In this document: piece after piece, positions 38,554 through 51,800 of the stretch
Layout of the letters: every line of letters begins with the position of its first letter
Position numbering within the stretch: position 1 is the first letter of the stretch
Origin: an uncultured delta proteobacterium
GTDB lineage: Bacteria > Myxococcota > UBA727 > VGSZ01
Assembly (NCBI GenBank): GCA_963775425.1
Contig: CAVZJB010000011.1
Coordinates: forward strand, 576,001 to 640,000
DNA length: 64,000 nucleotides
Direction: 5' to 3'
Program-made: the position numbers and the translations under genes
The notes under the pieces: generated by a model
Databases searched by the model: none
What the model was told of the DNA's origin: nothing
The model's input: the letters and a program-made list of their open reading frames with translations, nothing else

Positions 38554-39236
38554 AACGCGCCGCGCCCTTCTTCCTCGCGCTCGCCGCGCTCGTCGCCTTC
38601 GTGGCCGCGAGCGCGGGCTCGAGCGAGACCGCGGCGCCGGATCCGTCCACGCCGCGCCTCGCCGACCTCGCCCTGCACGGCCCGGCGGCGCTCGCCGTGA
38701 CCCGCGGCGTGCCCGAGGTGGGCGCGGCTCCCGCAGCGAAGCCCGCCGACGCCAAGGCGACGGCCGAGGCGCCGGCGGCGCCCACGCTCGACAAGCCCAC
38801 AGACCTGCTCGCGCGCTTCCCGGCCCTGGTGGCCGAGGGGCGCAAGGACAAAATGGACGCCTACCCGTGCTCCGAGTGCCACGATGAGTCGCTCGCTCCG
38901 AACCCCACGGAGCGCGTGCTCACCGAGAACCACGACGACATCGTCTTGAAGCACGGCGGCGGGCGCTTCTGGTGCACCACCTGCCACGGCGCGAGCGCCG
39001 ACAAGGACTCGCTGGTGAGCCTCAAGGGCCAGCCCATCGACTTCGATCAGTCGTACCTGCTGTGCGGCCAATGCCACTTCCAGCAGCAGCGCGACTTCTT
39101 CTATGGAGCCCACGGCAAGCGCCTCGGCTCCTGGCGCGGCGAGCGCAAGGTCGCCGCCTGCACGAGCTGTCACGACGCGCACGATCCTTCGATCAAGCCG
39201 CGCAAACCCTGGCGAGGACCCGATGCCACGCGATGA
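38550..39236 (+). CDS. Tetraheme c-type cytochrome
   Basis: Signal peptide MKRAAPFFLALAALVAFVAASA; CSECH, CTTCH, CGQCH, CTSCH; ATGA overlap. Confidence 0.9.
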   Translation: MKRAAPFFLALAALVAFVAASAGSSETAAPDPSTPRLADLALHGPAALAVTRGVPEVGAAPAAKPADAKATAEAPAAPTLDKPTDLLARFPALVAEGRKDKMDAYPCSECHDESLAPNPTERVLTENHDDIVLKHGGGRFWCTTCHGASADKDSLVSLKGQPIDFDQSYLLCGQCHFQQQRDFFYGAHGKRLGSWRGERKVAACTSCHDAHDPSIKPRKPWRGPDATR

Positions 39237-40146
39237 TGACTCCCGTACCCAGACCGCGGACAAGCCGCGCGAGAAGCTGACCCGGCGTGGCGCGCTCAAG
39301 GTCCTCGGCGCCGGTGCCGCCGTCGCCGGCGCCGCAGGCTGCTCGCCGGGCTACACCGAGTGGCTGCAGGGCTTCGTGCAGGAGCACTACCAGAGCATGA
39401 CGCCCGACGAGGTGAAGGACACCATCGCGCGCCTGGAGAAGAAGTACTCCAAGCAGGCCGGCGAGGACGTCCACGTGAAGACGACGGAGCCGCTGCAGGG
39501 CGTGCTCTACGGCTACGCGCTCGATATCTCGCGTTGCAAGGGCTACGGCGAGTGCGTCAAGGCCTGCCGCGAGGAGAACAACCTCACCGGCGAGTTCTCC
39601 TACATCAAGGTCCTCGAGATGGACAAAGGGCCCATCGACCTGCAGAAGGCCGACCGGGACTACGCCAAGCACGACGCCGAGGTGCCGGTGCCGGGCAAGA
39701 TGTACATGCCGGTCGCGTGCATGCAGTGCGACAACCCGCCCTGCGTCAAGGCCTGCCCGGTCGAGGCCACGTGGCGTGAGAAGGACGGCATCGTCGTCAT
39801 CGACTACGACTGGTGCATCGGCTGCCGGTACTGCCAGGCGGCGTGTCCCTACGAGGCGCGGCACTTCAACTGGGCCCAGCCGGGCGCCGAGCTCACGCAG
39901 ACCGAGACGCACTACCTCGGCAACCGTCCGCGCCCGCGCGGCGTCGTCGAGAAGTGCACCTTCTGCGTGCAGCGGACCCGCGAGGGCCGGCTGCCCGCGT
40001 GTCAGGAGGCCTGCCCCACCGGCGCGCGCGTGTTCGGCAACCTCCTCGATCCCAAGAGTGACATCCGCTGGATCCTCGAGCACAAGACCGTGTTCCGCCT
40101 GAAGGAAGACCTCGGGACGGAGCCCAAGTTCTGGTACTACACATGA
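39223..40146 (+). CDS. NrfC/PsrB-like Fe-S protein, Tat-exported (probable lipoprotein)
   Basis: TRRGALK..AAGC; CKGYGECVKAC, CMQCDNPPCVKACP, CIGCRYCQAACP, EKCTFC..PACQEACP; GTEPKFWY. Confidence 0.93.
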   Translation: MPRDDDSRTQTADKPREKLTRRGALKVLGAGAAVAGAAGCSPGYTEWLQGFVQEHYQSMTPDEVKDTIARLEKKYSKQAGEDVHVKTTEPLQGVLYGYALDISRCKGYGECVKACREENNLTGEFSYIKVLEMDKGPIDLQKADRDYAKHDAEVPVPGKMYMPVACMQCDNPPCVKACPVEATWREKDGIVVIDYDWCIGCRYCQAACPYEARHFNWAQPGAELTQTETHYLGNRPRPRGVVEKCTFCVQRTREGRLPACQEACPTGARVFGNLLDPKSDIRWILEHKTVFRLKEDLGTEPKFWYYT

Positions 40147-41447
40147 GCGCCTCCACCTCCACCCTCGACGACACCCTCTCCCCCGCCGTGAGCGCCCCGC
40201 GCCAGGATCGTCGTGGCCTCACGCGCGCGTTCCTCACGGAGGGCGTCCGGGAAGCCTGGCGCGGCGGCCGCAAGTACAAGCTGTGGCTCGCGCTGCTCGT
40301 CGTGGCGATGATCCCCGGCGCCGTCGCCTACGTCGGCCAGCTCAAAAACGGCCTCGCCGTCACCGGCATGAGCGACCAGGTGAGCTGGGGCGCGTACATC
40401 GCGAACTTCACGTTCCTCGTCGGCATGGCCGCAGCGGCGGTGATGCTCGTGATCCCGTCGTACGTCTTTCACAACGAGCATGCGCGCTCCGTGGTGATCA
40501 TCGCCGAGGCGCTGGCGGTGGCGGCGTGCGTGATGGCGATGACCTTCGTGGTCGTCGACCTCGGCCACCCCGAGCGCATGTGGCACCTCATGCCCTTCAT
40601 CGGGCGGCTGCACTTCCCGACGTCGGTGCTGGCGTGGGACGTCATCGTGCTCTTCGGCTACCTCATGCTGAACATCTTCATCCCATTCGGCGTGCTGCGG
40701 GCCCGCTTCGACGGGCGCGATCCGCACCCCACCTGGTTCTACGTCGTCATCAGCGTCGCCATCGTGTGGGCCATCGGCATCCACACCGTGACCGCGTTCC
40801 TCTACTCCGCCAACGCCGCGCGCCCCTTCTGGCATACGGCGCTCCTCGGCCCGCGCTTCATCGCATCGGCGTTCGCGTCCGGTCCGGCGCTGATCCTGGT
40901 CACCTTCCGGATCCTCAAGGATCGCATCGGCTACCCGATCCCCAAGGACGTCGTCCGCTTCCTCGCGGTGGTGGTCTGCGTGGCGCTGCTCATCAACCTG
41001 TTCATGGTCGGCGCGGAGGTCTTCACGGAAGGCTACGCGCAGACAGAAGAGAGCTCGCAGGCGCTCGGCCTGTTCCAGGGCAGGGACGGCCCCTTCATCT
41101 ACATCGCGCTCAGCATGGAGATCGTCGCCGCCCTCATCCTCGTCATCCCGGCCTGGAGCCGGCGGATCCAGAACGTGATGGTCGCCTGCGGCCTGGCCGT
41201 GGTCGGGGTGTGGATCGAAAAGGGCCTGGGGCTCATCGTTCCCGGGTTCACCCCGACCCCCCTCGGCGAGGTGCACAGCTACATGCCGACGTGGACCGAG
41301 GTGTTCGTCAGCCTTGCAATCTGGGCCTTTGGTGCGCTCATCTTCACGCTCCTGGCAAAGCCCGCTATTGCGATTCAATTGGGCGCGCTGCGCCGCAAGA
41401 AGGCGGAGATGTCCTCCGTCGCGTCCGCTCAAGGAGAAAAGAAATGA
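40143..41447 (+). CDS. NrfD/PsrC family integral membrane quinol oxidoreductase subunit
   Basis: TGMSDQVSWGAYIANFTFLVG, VDLGHPER, SVLAWD, IHTVTAFLY, PRFIASAF, YMPTWTE; about 10 TM helices. Confidence 0.93.
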   Translation: MSASTSTLDDTLSPAVSAPRQDRRGLTRAFLTEGVREAWRGGRKYKLWLALLVVAMIPGAVAYVGQLKNGLAVTGMSDQVSWGAYIANFTFLVGMAAAAVMLVIPSYVFHNEHARSVVIIAEALAVAACVMAMTFVVVDLGHPERMWHLMPFIGRLHFPTSVLAWDVIVLFGYLMLNIFIPFGVLRARFDGRDPHPTWFYVVISVAIVWAIGIHTVTAFLYSANAARPFWHTALLGPRFIASAFASGPALILVTFRILKDRIGYPIPKDVVRFLAVVVCVALLINLFMVGAEVFTEGYAQTEESSQALGLFQGRDGPFIYIALSMEIVAALILVIPAWSRRIQNVMVACGLAVVGVWIEKGLGLIVPGFTPTPLGEVHSYMPTWTEVFVSLAIWAFGALIFTLLAKPAIAIQLGALRRKKAEMSSVASAQGEKK

Positions 41448-41848
41448 AGCCGAGACACCTCCTCCTCGCCGCCATCGTCGGTGGAGCTCTGACCGCCGTC
41501 GCCGGCGAGCCGGCGCCCAAGGCCCCGGCGCCCGACACGCCGGCGCCCGCCGCGCCCACGGCCGCCGACGGAGAGAAGATCTGGAACGAGAAGGCATCCA
41601 AGTGCGCCACCTGCCACGGCACCGACGGCAAGGGCGACACCAAGATGGGCAAGTCCAAGCACGTCAAGGACATGACCAGCGCCGAGTGGCAGAAGTCCAA
41701 GACCGATGAGGACATCGAAAACGCCATCCTCAAGGGCGTCGAGCGCGAAGAGGACGGCAAGAAGGTGAAGATGTCGCCGCTCAAGAACGGCACCCCGGAG
41801 CAGGCCAAGGCCCTCCTCGCGTTCATCCGCTCGCTCGGAGCCAAGTGA
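41444..41848 (+). CDS. Monoheme class I cytochrome c
   Basis: Signal peptide; GEKIW..KCATCHGTDGKG; distal Met in KMSP; AAGGAG RBS; ATGA overlap. Confidence 0.9.
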   Translation: MKPRHLLLAAIVGGALTAVAGEPAPKAPAPDTPAPAAPTAADGEKIWNEKASKCATCHGTDGKGDTKMGKSKHVKDMTSAEWQKSKTDEDIENAILKGVEREEDGKKVKMSPLKNGTPEQAKALLAFIRSLGAK

Positions 41849-43233
41849 ACGGTCCTTTGATCCTGTTGCTCGCGACGGCCGCACCCGGGGCCGGCGCGAG
41901 CGCGTCTGCTCCGGGCCCGCCGGCGCCGGCCGTGGCGGCCGACGCCGACGAGCCGGTGCTCGACGCGTGGCTCTCGGCGGCCGAGGGCTATCGGCTGCGC
42001 ACCGACGGGAGCGCCGGGGACAACGACGTCTCCCTCCTCGTCGACGGCGGCGCGCGCGCGCTCGAAGGCCGAGCCGGCCTCGACGTGTCCGGCGCGTTGT
42101 TCTGGGACGTGGACGGCAAGAGCCCCGGGTTCGCGTCCATCCACGACGACAAGGGCGCCGTCGACATCATCGTCGACACGCTCGAGCTGCGTGGCGCCGC
42201 GGACCCGTTGGTGCCGCGCTTCTCCATCGGGCGGCTCACGGTCGACGAGGGGCTGCCGGAGACCCTCGACGGCGCCGCCGTCGCCGTCACGCCCCTGCGC
42301 GTGCCGGCAGCGGCGGTGACGCTGTTCGGCTCGGTGGGGCGCACGGTGCATTTCTACGCGGTCGACGGCGAGGGCTTCGAGGACTGGGCCGCGTCCGCCG
42401 GCACCGACCTGCTCATCGCTCAGACGCTGAAGCTCGAGGCCGACTACCGCGCGCTGGTGCAGGACTCGCCTTCGCACCGCTTCGCCCAGAGCTACGGCGC
42501 GGCGTTCTACCAGCGCATCGACGACGTCGCCCTCACCAAGCTCTGGGCGCGCGGCATCGACGACAAGCTCTCGCACGTCGGCGCGCGCACGCACCTCGCG
42601 TATGCGCCGCCGCCGCCCGGGGAGGCGCGGCGGACGCCGTGGCAGATCGGCATCGACCTCGACGGTGTCGAGCAGACGGCGCCGCTCGGTGAGGTCTTCG
42701 AGAGCGAGAACCCGCTGTTCGCCGTGCTCGGCAAGAGCGAGCCGAACCTGCGCGGCGCGGTCGACGCCTGGGGACGCGCCGACGTCGGCGTCGCCGACGC
42801 GGGGCTGCACCTCGGGGCGAGCGGCCGGCGCGTGCTCCAGGGAGAGCAGGGTCCGTTCAACCGCGACAGCGGCCGCGTCTATGCGCTGGCCGAAGCGGAC
42901 GACATCGTGCTCACCGGCCCGTTCCTCTCCGCCATCGTCTCCTACGACGTCGCGCTCGGCCCGTCGGAGCCCGCGGTGGTCGCGCTTGGCGGCAGCGCCG
43001 GTTGGCGCGGCGATTCCTTCAAGGCGTCCGTGGGGACGTCGTGGGACCGCGTGAAGTACGACTACTACCGCGACGTCAACGAGCTCCTCGACGTGCGCAC
43101 GGTGTATGCGTCGCTCGACGTGCGGCCGCTCGCGTTTTTGCGCGTGAAGGCCGACTACAGCCTCGAGCTCGCGGATCGCGTCGTGCACACGGCGCGCGTC
43201 ACCCTGGTTCAGGATCTCGGAGGTGGGTGGTGA
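41845..43233 (+). CDS. Probable outer-membrane beta-barrel (porin of a porin-cytochrome conduit)
   Basis: Signal peptide; no CxxCH; many alternating amphipathic strands (LKLEADYRAL, FKASVGTSWD, VYASLDVRP, LRVKADYSLE, ARVTLVQDL); terminal Trp; sits among multiheme genes. Confidence 0.72.
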   Translation: MNGPLILLLATAAPGAGASASAPGPPAPAVAADADEPVLDAWLSAAEGYRLRTDGSAGDNDVSLLVDGGARALEGRAGLDVSGALFWDVDGKSPGFASIHDDKGAVDIIVDTLELRGAADPLVPRFSIGRLTVDEGLPETLDGAAVAVTPLRVPAAAVTLFGSVGRTVHFYAVDGEGFEDWAASAGTDLLIAQTLKLEADYRALVQDSPSHRFAQSYGAAFYQRIDDVALTKLWARGIDDKLSHVGARTHLAYAPPPPGEARRTPWQIGIDLDGVEQTAPLGEVFESENPLFAVLGKSEPNLRGAVDAWGRADVGVADAGLHLGASGRRVLQGEQGPFNRDSGRVYALAEADDIVLTGPFLSAIVSYDVALGPSEPAVVALGGSAGWRGDSFKASVGTSWDRVKYDYYRDVNELLDVRTVYASLDVRPLAFLRVKADYSLELADRVVHTARVTLVQDLGGGW

Positions 43234-44176
43234 GCCCTCGGCTGCTCCCGGGCGGTGGACGAGCCCCGGCGCCTCGCTCAGGGTGGCGGCTCATCGCGAC
43301 GCTCGCCGTCGCCGTGGCCGCGTTGGGCGCGCAGGCGTCGACGACGCACGAAGCGCGGCGCTATGTGTTCTCGCACGCGGAGCACGCGGCGCGCGACCCG
43401 GCGTCGACCTGCACGGATTGCCACGACGCCTCCGGTGCGGCGCCCGCCGGCGCCGTCGCGGCGGGGACCTTGGGGCCGTGGGCGCCCACCGCCGGCCGGC
43501 CCGCGCTGAAGACGGCGCACTGCACGGAGTGCCACGATGAGGTGCCGGCGCTCGCCGCGCGCGAGGGACGCGCCGCGCTCGCGGTGCTCTTCGATCACCG
43601 GCCGCACAAAGACGCCGTCGCCGGCAAGTGCGCGTCATGCCACGTGCGCGGCGCCAGCGACGACGAGCGGCACGTCGAGCACCGCCTCGCGGCGGAGCCT
43701 TCGATGTGTTTTTCGTGTCACCAGGGGAGCGCCGACGCGCCGCGTGAGCAGGCGTGCGTGATGTGCCATGGGCGCGACCAGCGCCAGGTGGAGCCGCGGA
43801 CGCACGACGCGCTCGCCTGGAAGCGGATGCACGGCGCCAGCGCCATGCCGTTCGCGCCGTTGCCGCACGGGCAGAGCTGCGTGCTGTGTCACCGCGAGTC
43901 GAGCTGCAAGAGCTGCCACCGCGTCGAAGCGCCCACCGACCACACGCCGGTCTGGGAGGAGCGCACGCACGGCATCGTCGCGTCCTTCAATCGCGCGCGC
44001 TGCAAGACCTGTCACGAGACCGGGCAGTGCGTCGGCTGTCACCGCACCACCGAGCCCAAGAACCACGACGCCTCGTGGAAGGCCACGCACGGCCTCGTCG
44101 CCCGCAGCCGCAGCGACTCGAGCTGCCAGGTGTGCCACCGGCCGAGCTTCTGCATCGACTGCCACAGGGGGAACAA

Positions 44177-44180
<4 letters not shown>
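43230..44180 (+). CDS. 11-heme periplasmic cytochrome c (c3/c7-like N-part plus three diheme repeats)
   Basis: GGAGG RBS and GTGA overlap; FSHAEH, FDHRPH; CTDCH, CTECH, CASCH, CFSCH, CVMCH, CVLCH, CKSCH, CKTCH, CVGCH, CQVCH, CIDCH; P..H...W...HG repeats. Confidence 0.88.
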
Positions 44181-46407
<2,227 letters not shown>

Positions 46408-46411
<4 letters not shown>

Positions 46412-47364
46412 CGACGTCGATGTCGCCCTCGGAGCCAAAAACGGCTGCGGCCAAAGCAGAACGCCACGGCGCGCGCATCGGGGTCCGGGGCTTCGCGGTG
46501 GTCGCGGTGCTCGCCGTCGGCGCCGTCGGGGCGCGCGCGCTCCCCGACCGAGACGCGCGCGACGACGAGAAGGCGGCGGTGGAGGCGCGCGCGAAGACCG
46601 TGCGGGCCACGCGCTCGCTGGCGCCGTTGCCGAAGGGGGTGGAGGCGGTGTCGGTGCACGACCCGTTCGACTCCGAGGACTGCAGCTCGTGTCACGCGTC
46701 GGACGACAAGGACAACCCCGGCGCCGTCGAGGACACGTCGAGCGCCCTGTGCCTCGGCTGTCACGACAATCCCGCCGCCGGCGTCAAGGGCGTGTTCCAC
46801 AAGCACGGCGGCGCCGGCGGCCGCTGCCTCGACTGCCACAACCCGCACAACTCGCTGCAGGAGCACCTGCTGCACGCGCCGCCGCAGAAGCTGTGCGCGA
46901 GCTGCCACGTCGACAAGGAGCGCGGCGCCTTCGAGCACCAACCCATCGAGGCGCCCGGATCGTGCACCAAGTGTCACACGCCGCACGGCTCCGCCACCGA
47001 CGCGCGCCTCCTGAGGTCGGCGTATCCCGCCACGTTCTACGCGCCCTACGTCCGCGGGGCGTACGCGCTCTGCTTCTCGTGCCACGACCCGAAGCTCGTG
47101 GAACAGGCCAAGACCACCACCGCCACGATGTTCAGGGACGGCGACAAGAACCTGCACACGGTGCACGTGATGCGCGACGACAAGGGGCGCTCCTGCGGCG
47201 CGTGCCACGACATGCACGCGGGCAAGCGCAGGAACCTCGTGCACGACGACGTCGCCTTCGGCAGCCATGGTTGGCGGCTGCCGCTCGGCTTCCGCCAGAC
47301 CGACGACGGCGGCAGCTGCGCGAGGACCTGCCACATGGCGCGCAGCTACTCCCGCCGGCGCTGA
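46408..47364 (+). CDS. Octaheme cytochrome c (doubled-CXXCH / DmsE-like repeats)
   Basis: N-terminal hydrophobic segment; CSSCH, CLGCH, CLDCHNPH, CASCH, CTKCHTPH, CFSCH, CGACH plus CARTCH; ATGA overlap. Confidence 0.88.
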
Positions 47365-47398
47365 GGAGCTGCGCACCGGCGCACGCTGAGCGGCGGCG

Positions 47399-48646
47399 TC
47401 AGGCGCTCTTCAGGCTGTCGCGCAACGTGCGGACGTCGTCCGACGACGGCGCCTGGTAGACGCGGAGGCCGAACTCGGAGGCGACAGCGATGATGTGGTC
47501 GAAGATGTCGGCCTGGATGCCCTCGTACTCCGCCCACACCGTCGTCGCCGTGAAGCAGTAGAGCTCGATCGGCAGGCCTTCGGCGACGGGCGCGAGCTGG
47601 CGCACCATGAGCGTGAACTTCTGCTGAATGCGCGGGTGCGCCTTCAAGTACGCGTAGACGTAGGCGCGGTACGTGCCGATGTTGGTGAGCCGGCGCAGGT
47701 TGGTGGCCACCGTGCGGGCCTCACCGGGGACGCCGGCGTTGGTGTCTTCGACGCCCCGCTCCTTGTCGACGACGTAGTCGTGGATGAGGCGGACGCCGCG
47801 CAACTGCTCGATCTCGTCGTCGCGCAGGTGACGGATGGACCCCTGGTCGACGAAGACGGCGCGCTTGATGCGCCGGCCGCCGGACTCGCTCATGGCCCGC
47901 CAATTCTTGAAGCCCTGGCTGATCAGCAAATACGTGGGGATGGTGGTGATGGTCTTGTCCCAGTTCTGTACCTTCACCGTGTGGAGCGCGATGTCGATGA
48001 CGTCGCCGTCGGCGCCGGCGCTCGGCATCTCGATCCAGTCGCCCACACGGATCATGTCGTTTCCCGCGAGCTGCACGCTGGCCACGAGGCCGAGGATGGT
48101 GTCTTTGAACACGAGGAGGAGCACCGCGGTCATGGCGCCGATGCCGCTCAGGAAGAGCAGCGGTGACTTGTCGGCGGCGGCGGCGATGGCGATCACGGTG
48201 GTCGCCGTCCACAGGAAGATGCGCGCGACCTGCACGTACCCTTTGATGGGGCGCGTGTGCGCCTCCGGCCGCATGCCGTAGATCTCCTGCCCGGCGTTCA
48301 GCGTCCCGTCGATCACGCGGGCGATGAGGATGACGAGGACGACGCTCAGGATGCGATCGACGACGGTGGCGAGCGTGCCCTGCAGCCTGAGCAGCCGCTC
48401 TCCGAGCCACACGGCGGCGAGCGGCATGAGGTGCACGATGCGGTGAAAGAGCCCCGAGCGCGCGAGCGCGTCGTCCCAGGTCACCCGCGTCCTGCTCACG
48501 AAGCGATGGAGGGTTCGGCGCAGGATCACGCCGAGCGTGAGGTGCAGGACCACCGCGCCGAGGGAGACCACCGCGAGCGCGACGAGGTCGGCCGCGACGC
48601 CGTGGATACCGAGGGAATCCGCTTGTGCTCGCCAGTCCCATTCCAT
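47399..48646 (-). CDS. Mechanosensitive channel, YbdG-type MscS family
   Basis: PIKGYVQV, GIGAMTAVLLLVFKDTILGLVASVQL, VGDWIEMP, VKVQNWDKTITTIP, GGRRIKR, LTNIGTYRAY, YEGIQADIFDH. Confidence 0.93.
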   Translation of the reverse strand: MEWDWRAQADSLGIHGVAADLVALAVVSLGAVVLHLTLGVILRRTLHRFVSRTRVTWDDALARSGLFHRIVHLMPLAAVWLGERLLRLQGTLATVVDRILSVVLVILIARVIDGTLNAGQEIYGMRPEAHTRPIKGYVQVARIFLWTATTVIAIAAAADKSPLLFLSGIGAMTAVLLLVFKDTILGLVASVQLAGNDMIRVGDWIEMPSAGADGDVIDIALHTVKVQNWDKTITTIPTYLLISQGFKNWRAMSESGGRRIKRAVFVDQGSIRHLRDDEIEQLRGVRLIHDYVVDKERGVEDTNAGVPGEARTVATNLRRLTNIGTYRAYVYAYLKAHPRIQQKFTLMVRQLAPVAEGLPIELYCFTATTVWAEYEGIQADIFDHIIAVASEFGLRVYQAPSSDDVRTLRDSLKSA

Positions 48647-48813
48647 GGCCGGGATGATGCCCGGACCCGGCCGCGACGTCGAACACGCGGAGCTCCAAGG
48701 ATCGGTCGCGCCGGGAGGGCTCAGCTGCTCGCCGCGTCACGCTTCGAGGCAGCGCACGGAGGCCGTGCCCGACGACGGCGATGCGCGCTACCCTTCATGT
48801 CCCGGGGAAGCAC

Positions 48814-51800
48814 ATGCGCAGCATCGTCATCATCGCCACCCTGCTCGCGGGCGCGGACGCGCTCGCGGCCGACATCCACTGGGGCAGCGCCCAGAGCGGG
48901 TCGTTCGACGTGGCCGGCAACTGGGCCGAGGGCGTCGTCCCCGGCGCCGGCGACAACGCCGTCATCGACGCCACGGGCGCGGCGTACACGGTGGATCTTG
49001 GGCCCAGCAAGACCGTCGGCGGCCTGGTGGTGCAAAGCGCCGACGCGCTCGTCGAGCTCACCGGCAGCAACGCCAACGGCAGCGTCGTCATCACCGCCGC
49101 CGGCGGCGTCGACGTCGAGGCAGGGACCCTCCTGTTGCAGTCGCAGAACACCACCTTTGCGTCGAACCTCACCGCGGGCGGCGCGGGTATCACCGTCGGC
49201 GTCGACGGCACGCTCCGGGTCGGCCGCGGGAGCGGAGGGACCCGGGTGATCTCGGGGGATCTGCACTCCACGGGAACGGTGCAGATCGCGGTCAACACGA
49301 CCCTGTCGAAGCCCGACGGCGTCTACATCAACGAGGGGACGTTCCTGGTGCAGGACGCGGCCGCCGGGGGCACCGCGGTGCTCAACGTCGGCGGCGGCCA
49401 GACCTTCGTGCAGCAGGCGGGCACCCTGACCACGCCGCAAGGCGCCCCGAGCGCGAGCTTCGGCATCGTCGACGCCGTCGGCGGCACCTTCGACTTCGAG
49501 GGCGGCGACGTGATCGGCCAGCAGCGCATCCGCACCACGGGCGCGCTCGTCGTCGGGGCCGCCTCCGAGGGCCAGGGCTCGTTCTTGCTCGGTGGCTCGG
49601 CGACGCTCACGGGCGACGTCCACGCGGCGCAGAGCGTCCTCATCCAGGGCAACAACACCACCGGCGGCACCACGGTCCTGGCCACGGGGGACGTGCGCGT
49701 CGACGGCACGGTGCGCATCGTGTCCGCCAACACCAGCTTCAATTCCGACCTCGACATGGGCGGACACGTCCTCACCGTGGGCGCCGGCGGCACGCTCTCG
49801 CTGGAAAACGGCAGCGGCGGCGCGCGCTCCGTGATCGGCAGCATCACCAACGAGGGCACCGTCGCCGTGTCCGTCACCTCCACCCTGCCCGCCGGGTCGG
49901 CCGTCTACACCAACCGCGGGCAATGGAACGTCACCGCGGGCACGCTCACGCTCCAAAACGGCGGCGCGTTCCGCCTGGAGGACGGCGAGCTCGCCGTCGC
50001 CGGCGGCGCCGTCAACGTCGACACGGGCTCCTTCACGATGACCGGCGGACAGGTCACCGGCCAGCCGCGCATCCGCGGCGCCACGCTCACCATCGACGGC
50101 GCCGACGGCGCCGGCGGCGCCGCGTCGTTCCTCGTCGGCGCGTTGGGCAACACGCAGCCGCACCTCGGGGGGACGGTGCACGCAGGTCAGCAGGTCCTCG
50201 TCTCCGGACAGAACCTCACGGCCTCCACCACGGCGGTCGCCACCGGGGACCTCGTCGTCGACGGCCTGCTGACGCTGCGGTCGGCGGACACGAATTTCAC
50301 GTCGAGCCTCGACCTGGCAGGGCACACCTTGCGCGTGCGCTCCGGCGGCACCCTGTCGATCGAAGCCGGCAGCGGCGGCGTGCGCACCATCCTCGGCGAC
50401 ATCCAAAACGACGGCACCGTCACGACGTCGTTCTCGGCGTCGCTGTCGAAACCCGGGGCGACGTACGAAAATCGCGGCACGTGGGACGTCAACGGCGGCA
50501 CGCTCACGGTCTCGGGGGGCACGTTCGAGCTCGCCGGTGGCGACGTCACCGCGCCGGCGGCGTTCAACGTCGACGGCGGCACGTTTCACATGAGCGGCGG
50601 AACGGTGTCCGCGGGCAGGCCGCGCGTCCGTGGGTCCACGCTGTCCATCGACGCGGCGGCGGACGGCAGTGCGCGCTTCCTCATCGGTGCGCTCGGCAAC
50701 ACCCAACCGCACATCGCCGGCACCATCCACGCCGAGCAGGACGTGAAGCTGAGCGGCCAGAACATCACCGCGAACACCGTCGCCGTCGCCGACTCCGATG
50801 TGATCGTCGACGGCCTCCTGACGCTGCGGTCGGAGAACACGAACTTCACCTCGAGCCTCGACATGGGCGGCAACACGCTCTTCGTCGGAGCCGGCGGCAC
50901 CGTGTCCCTGGAGAACGGGTCCGGCGGCGCGCGGTCGATCTTCGGCAACATCGAAAACGACGGCACCGTCGACGTCTCCTTCACCTCCACGATGCCCACC
51001 GGCGGAGCGACGTACGCCAACCGCGGCGTGTGGAACGTGTCGGGCGTCCTCACCGTCACCGGCGGGGACTTCCTTCAGGAGGACGGCGACGTCACGGTCT
51101 CGGGCGTGATGAACGTCGACACCAGCAGCTTCCTGATGACCGGCGGCACGGTGAGCGCGGGCCGGCCAATCATCCGCGGGTCGACGCTCGACATCGATCC
51201 GGGCGCGGGGGGCGCCGCGCGCTTCCTGCTCGGTGCGCTCGGCGGAACCCAGCCGACGCTGTCGGGGGAGATCCACGCCAGCCAGGACGTGAAGCTCAGC
51301 GGTCAGAACGTCACCGCCAGCACCGTCGCGGTCGCGGGCAGCGACGTCGTCGTCGGCGGCCTGCTGACGCTGCGCTCGGAGAACTCCAATTTCACGTCGA
51401 GCCTCGACCTGAAGGACCACACGCTCTTGGTCGAGAGCACGGGACGGGTCTCAATCGAGAACGGCTCGGGCGGCGCGCGCTCCATCTTCGGGAACATCGA
51501 AAACGACGGCGTCGTCGACGTCTCCTTCTCGTCGAGCATGCCCACCGTCGACGCCGTGTATACGAACCGAGGCACGTGGAACGTGTCGGGCAACGCCCTG
51601 ACCATCACGTCGGGGCGCTTCGAGCTCGAAGCGGGCAGGCTCTCAGTAGCGGGCGCGGGCGCGCTCAACTTCGACGCGGGCACGTTCCACATGAGCGGAG
51701 GCACCGTCACAGGCCAGCCGCGCATCCGGGGCTCCACGCTCGACATCGGGCCCAACGCGCGCGCGGCGGCGTCGTTCCTGGTGGGGGCGCTCGGGGCGCG

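Noticed and set aside
35698-41447. Canonical nrfABCD or alternative complex III (act) operon
   Set aside because: There is no CxxCK heme, no molybdopterin-like ActB domain, and no second NrfD-like (ActF) subunit, so gene symbols were not assigned.
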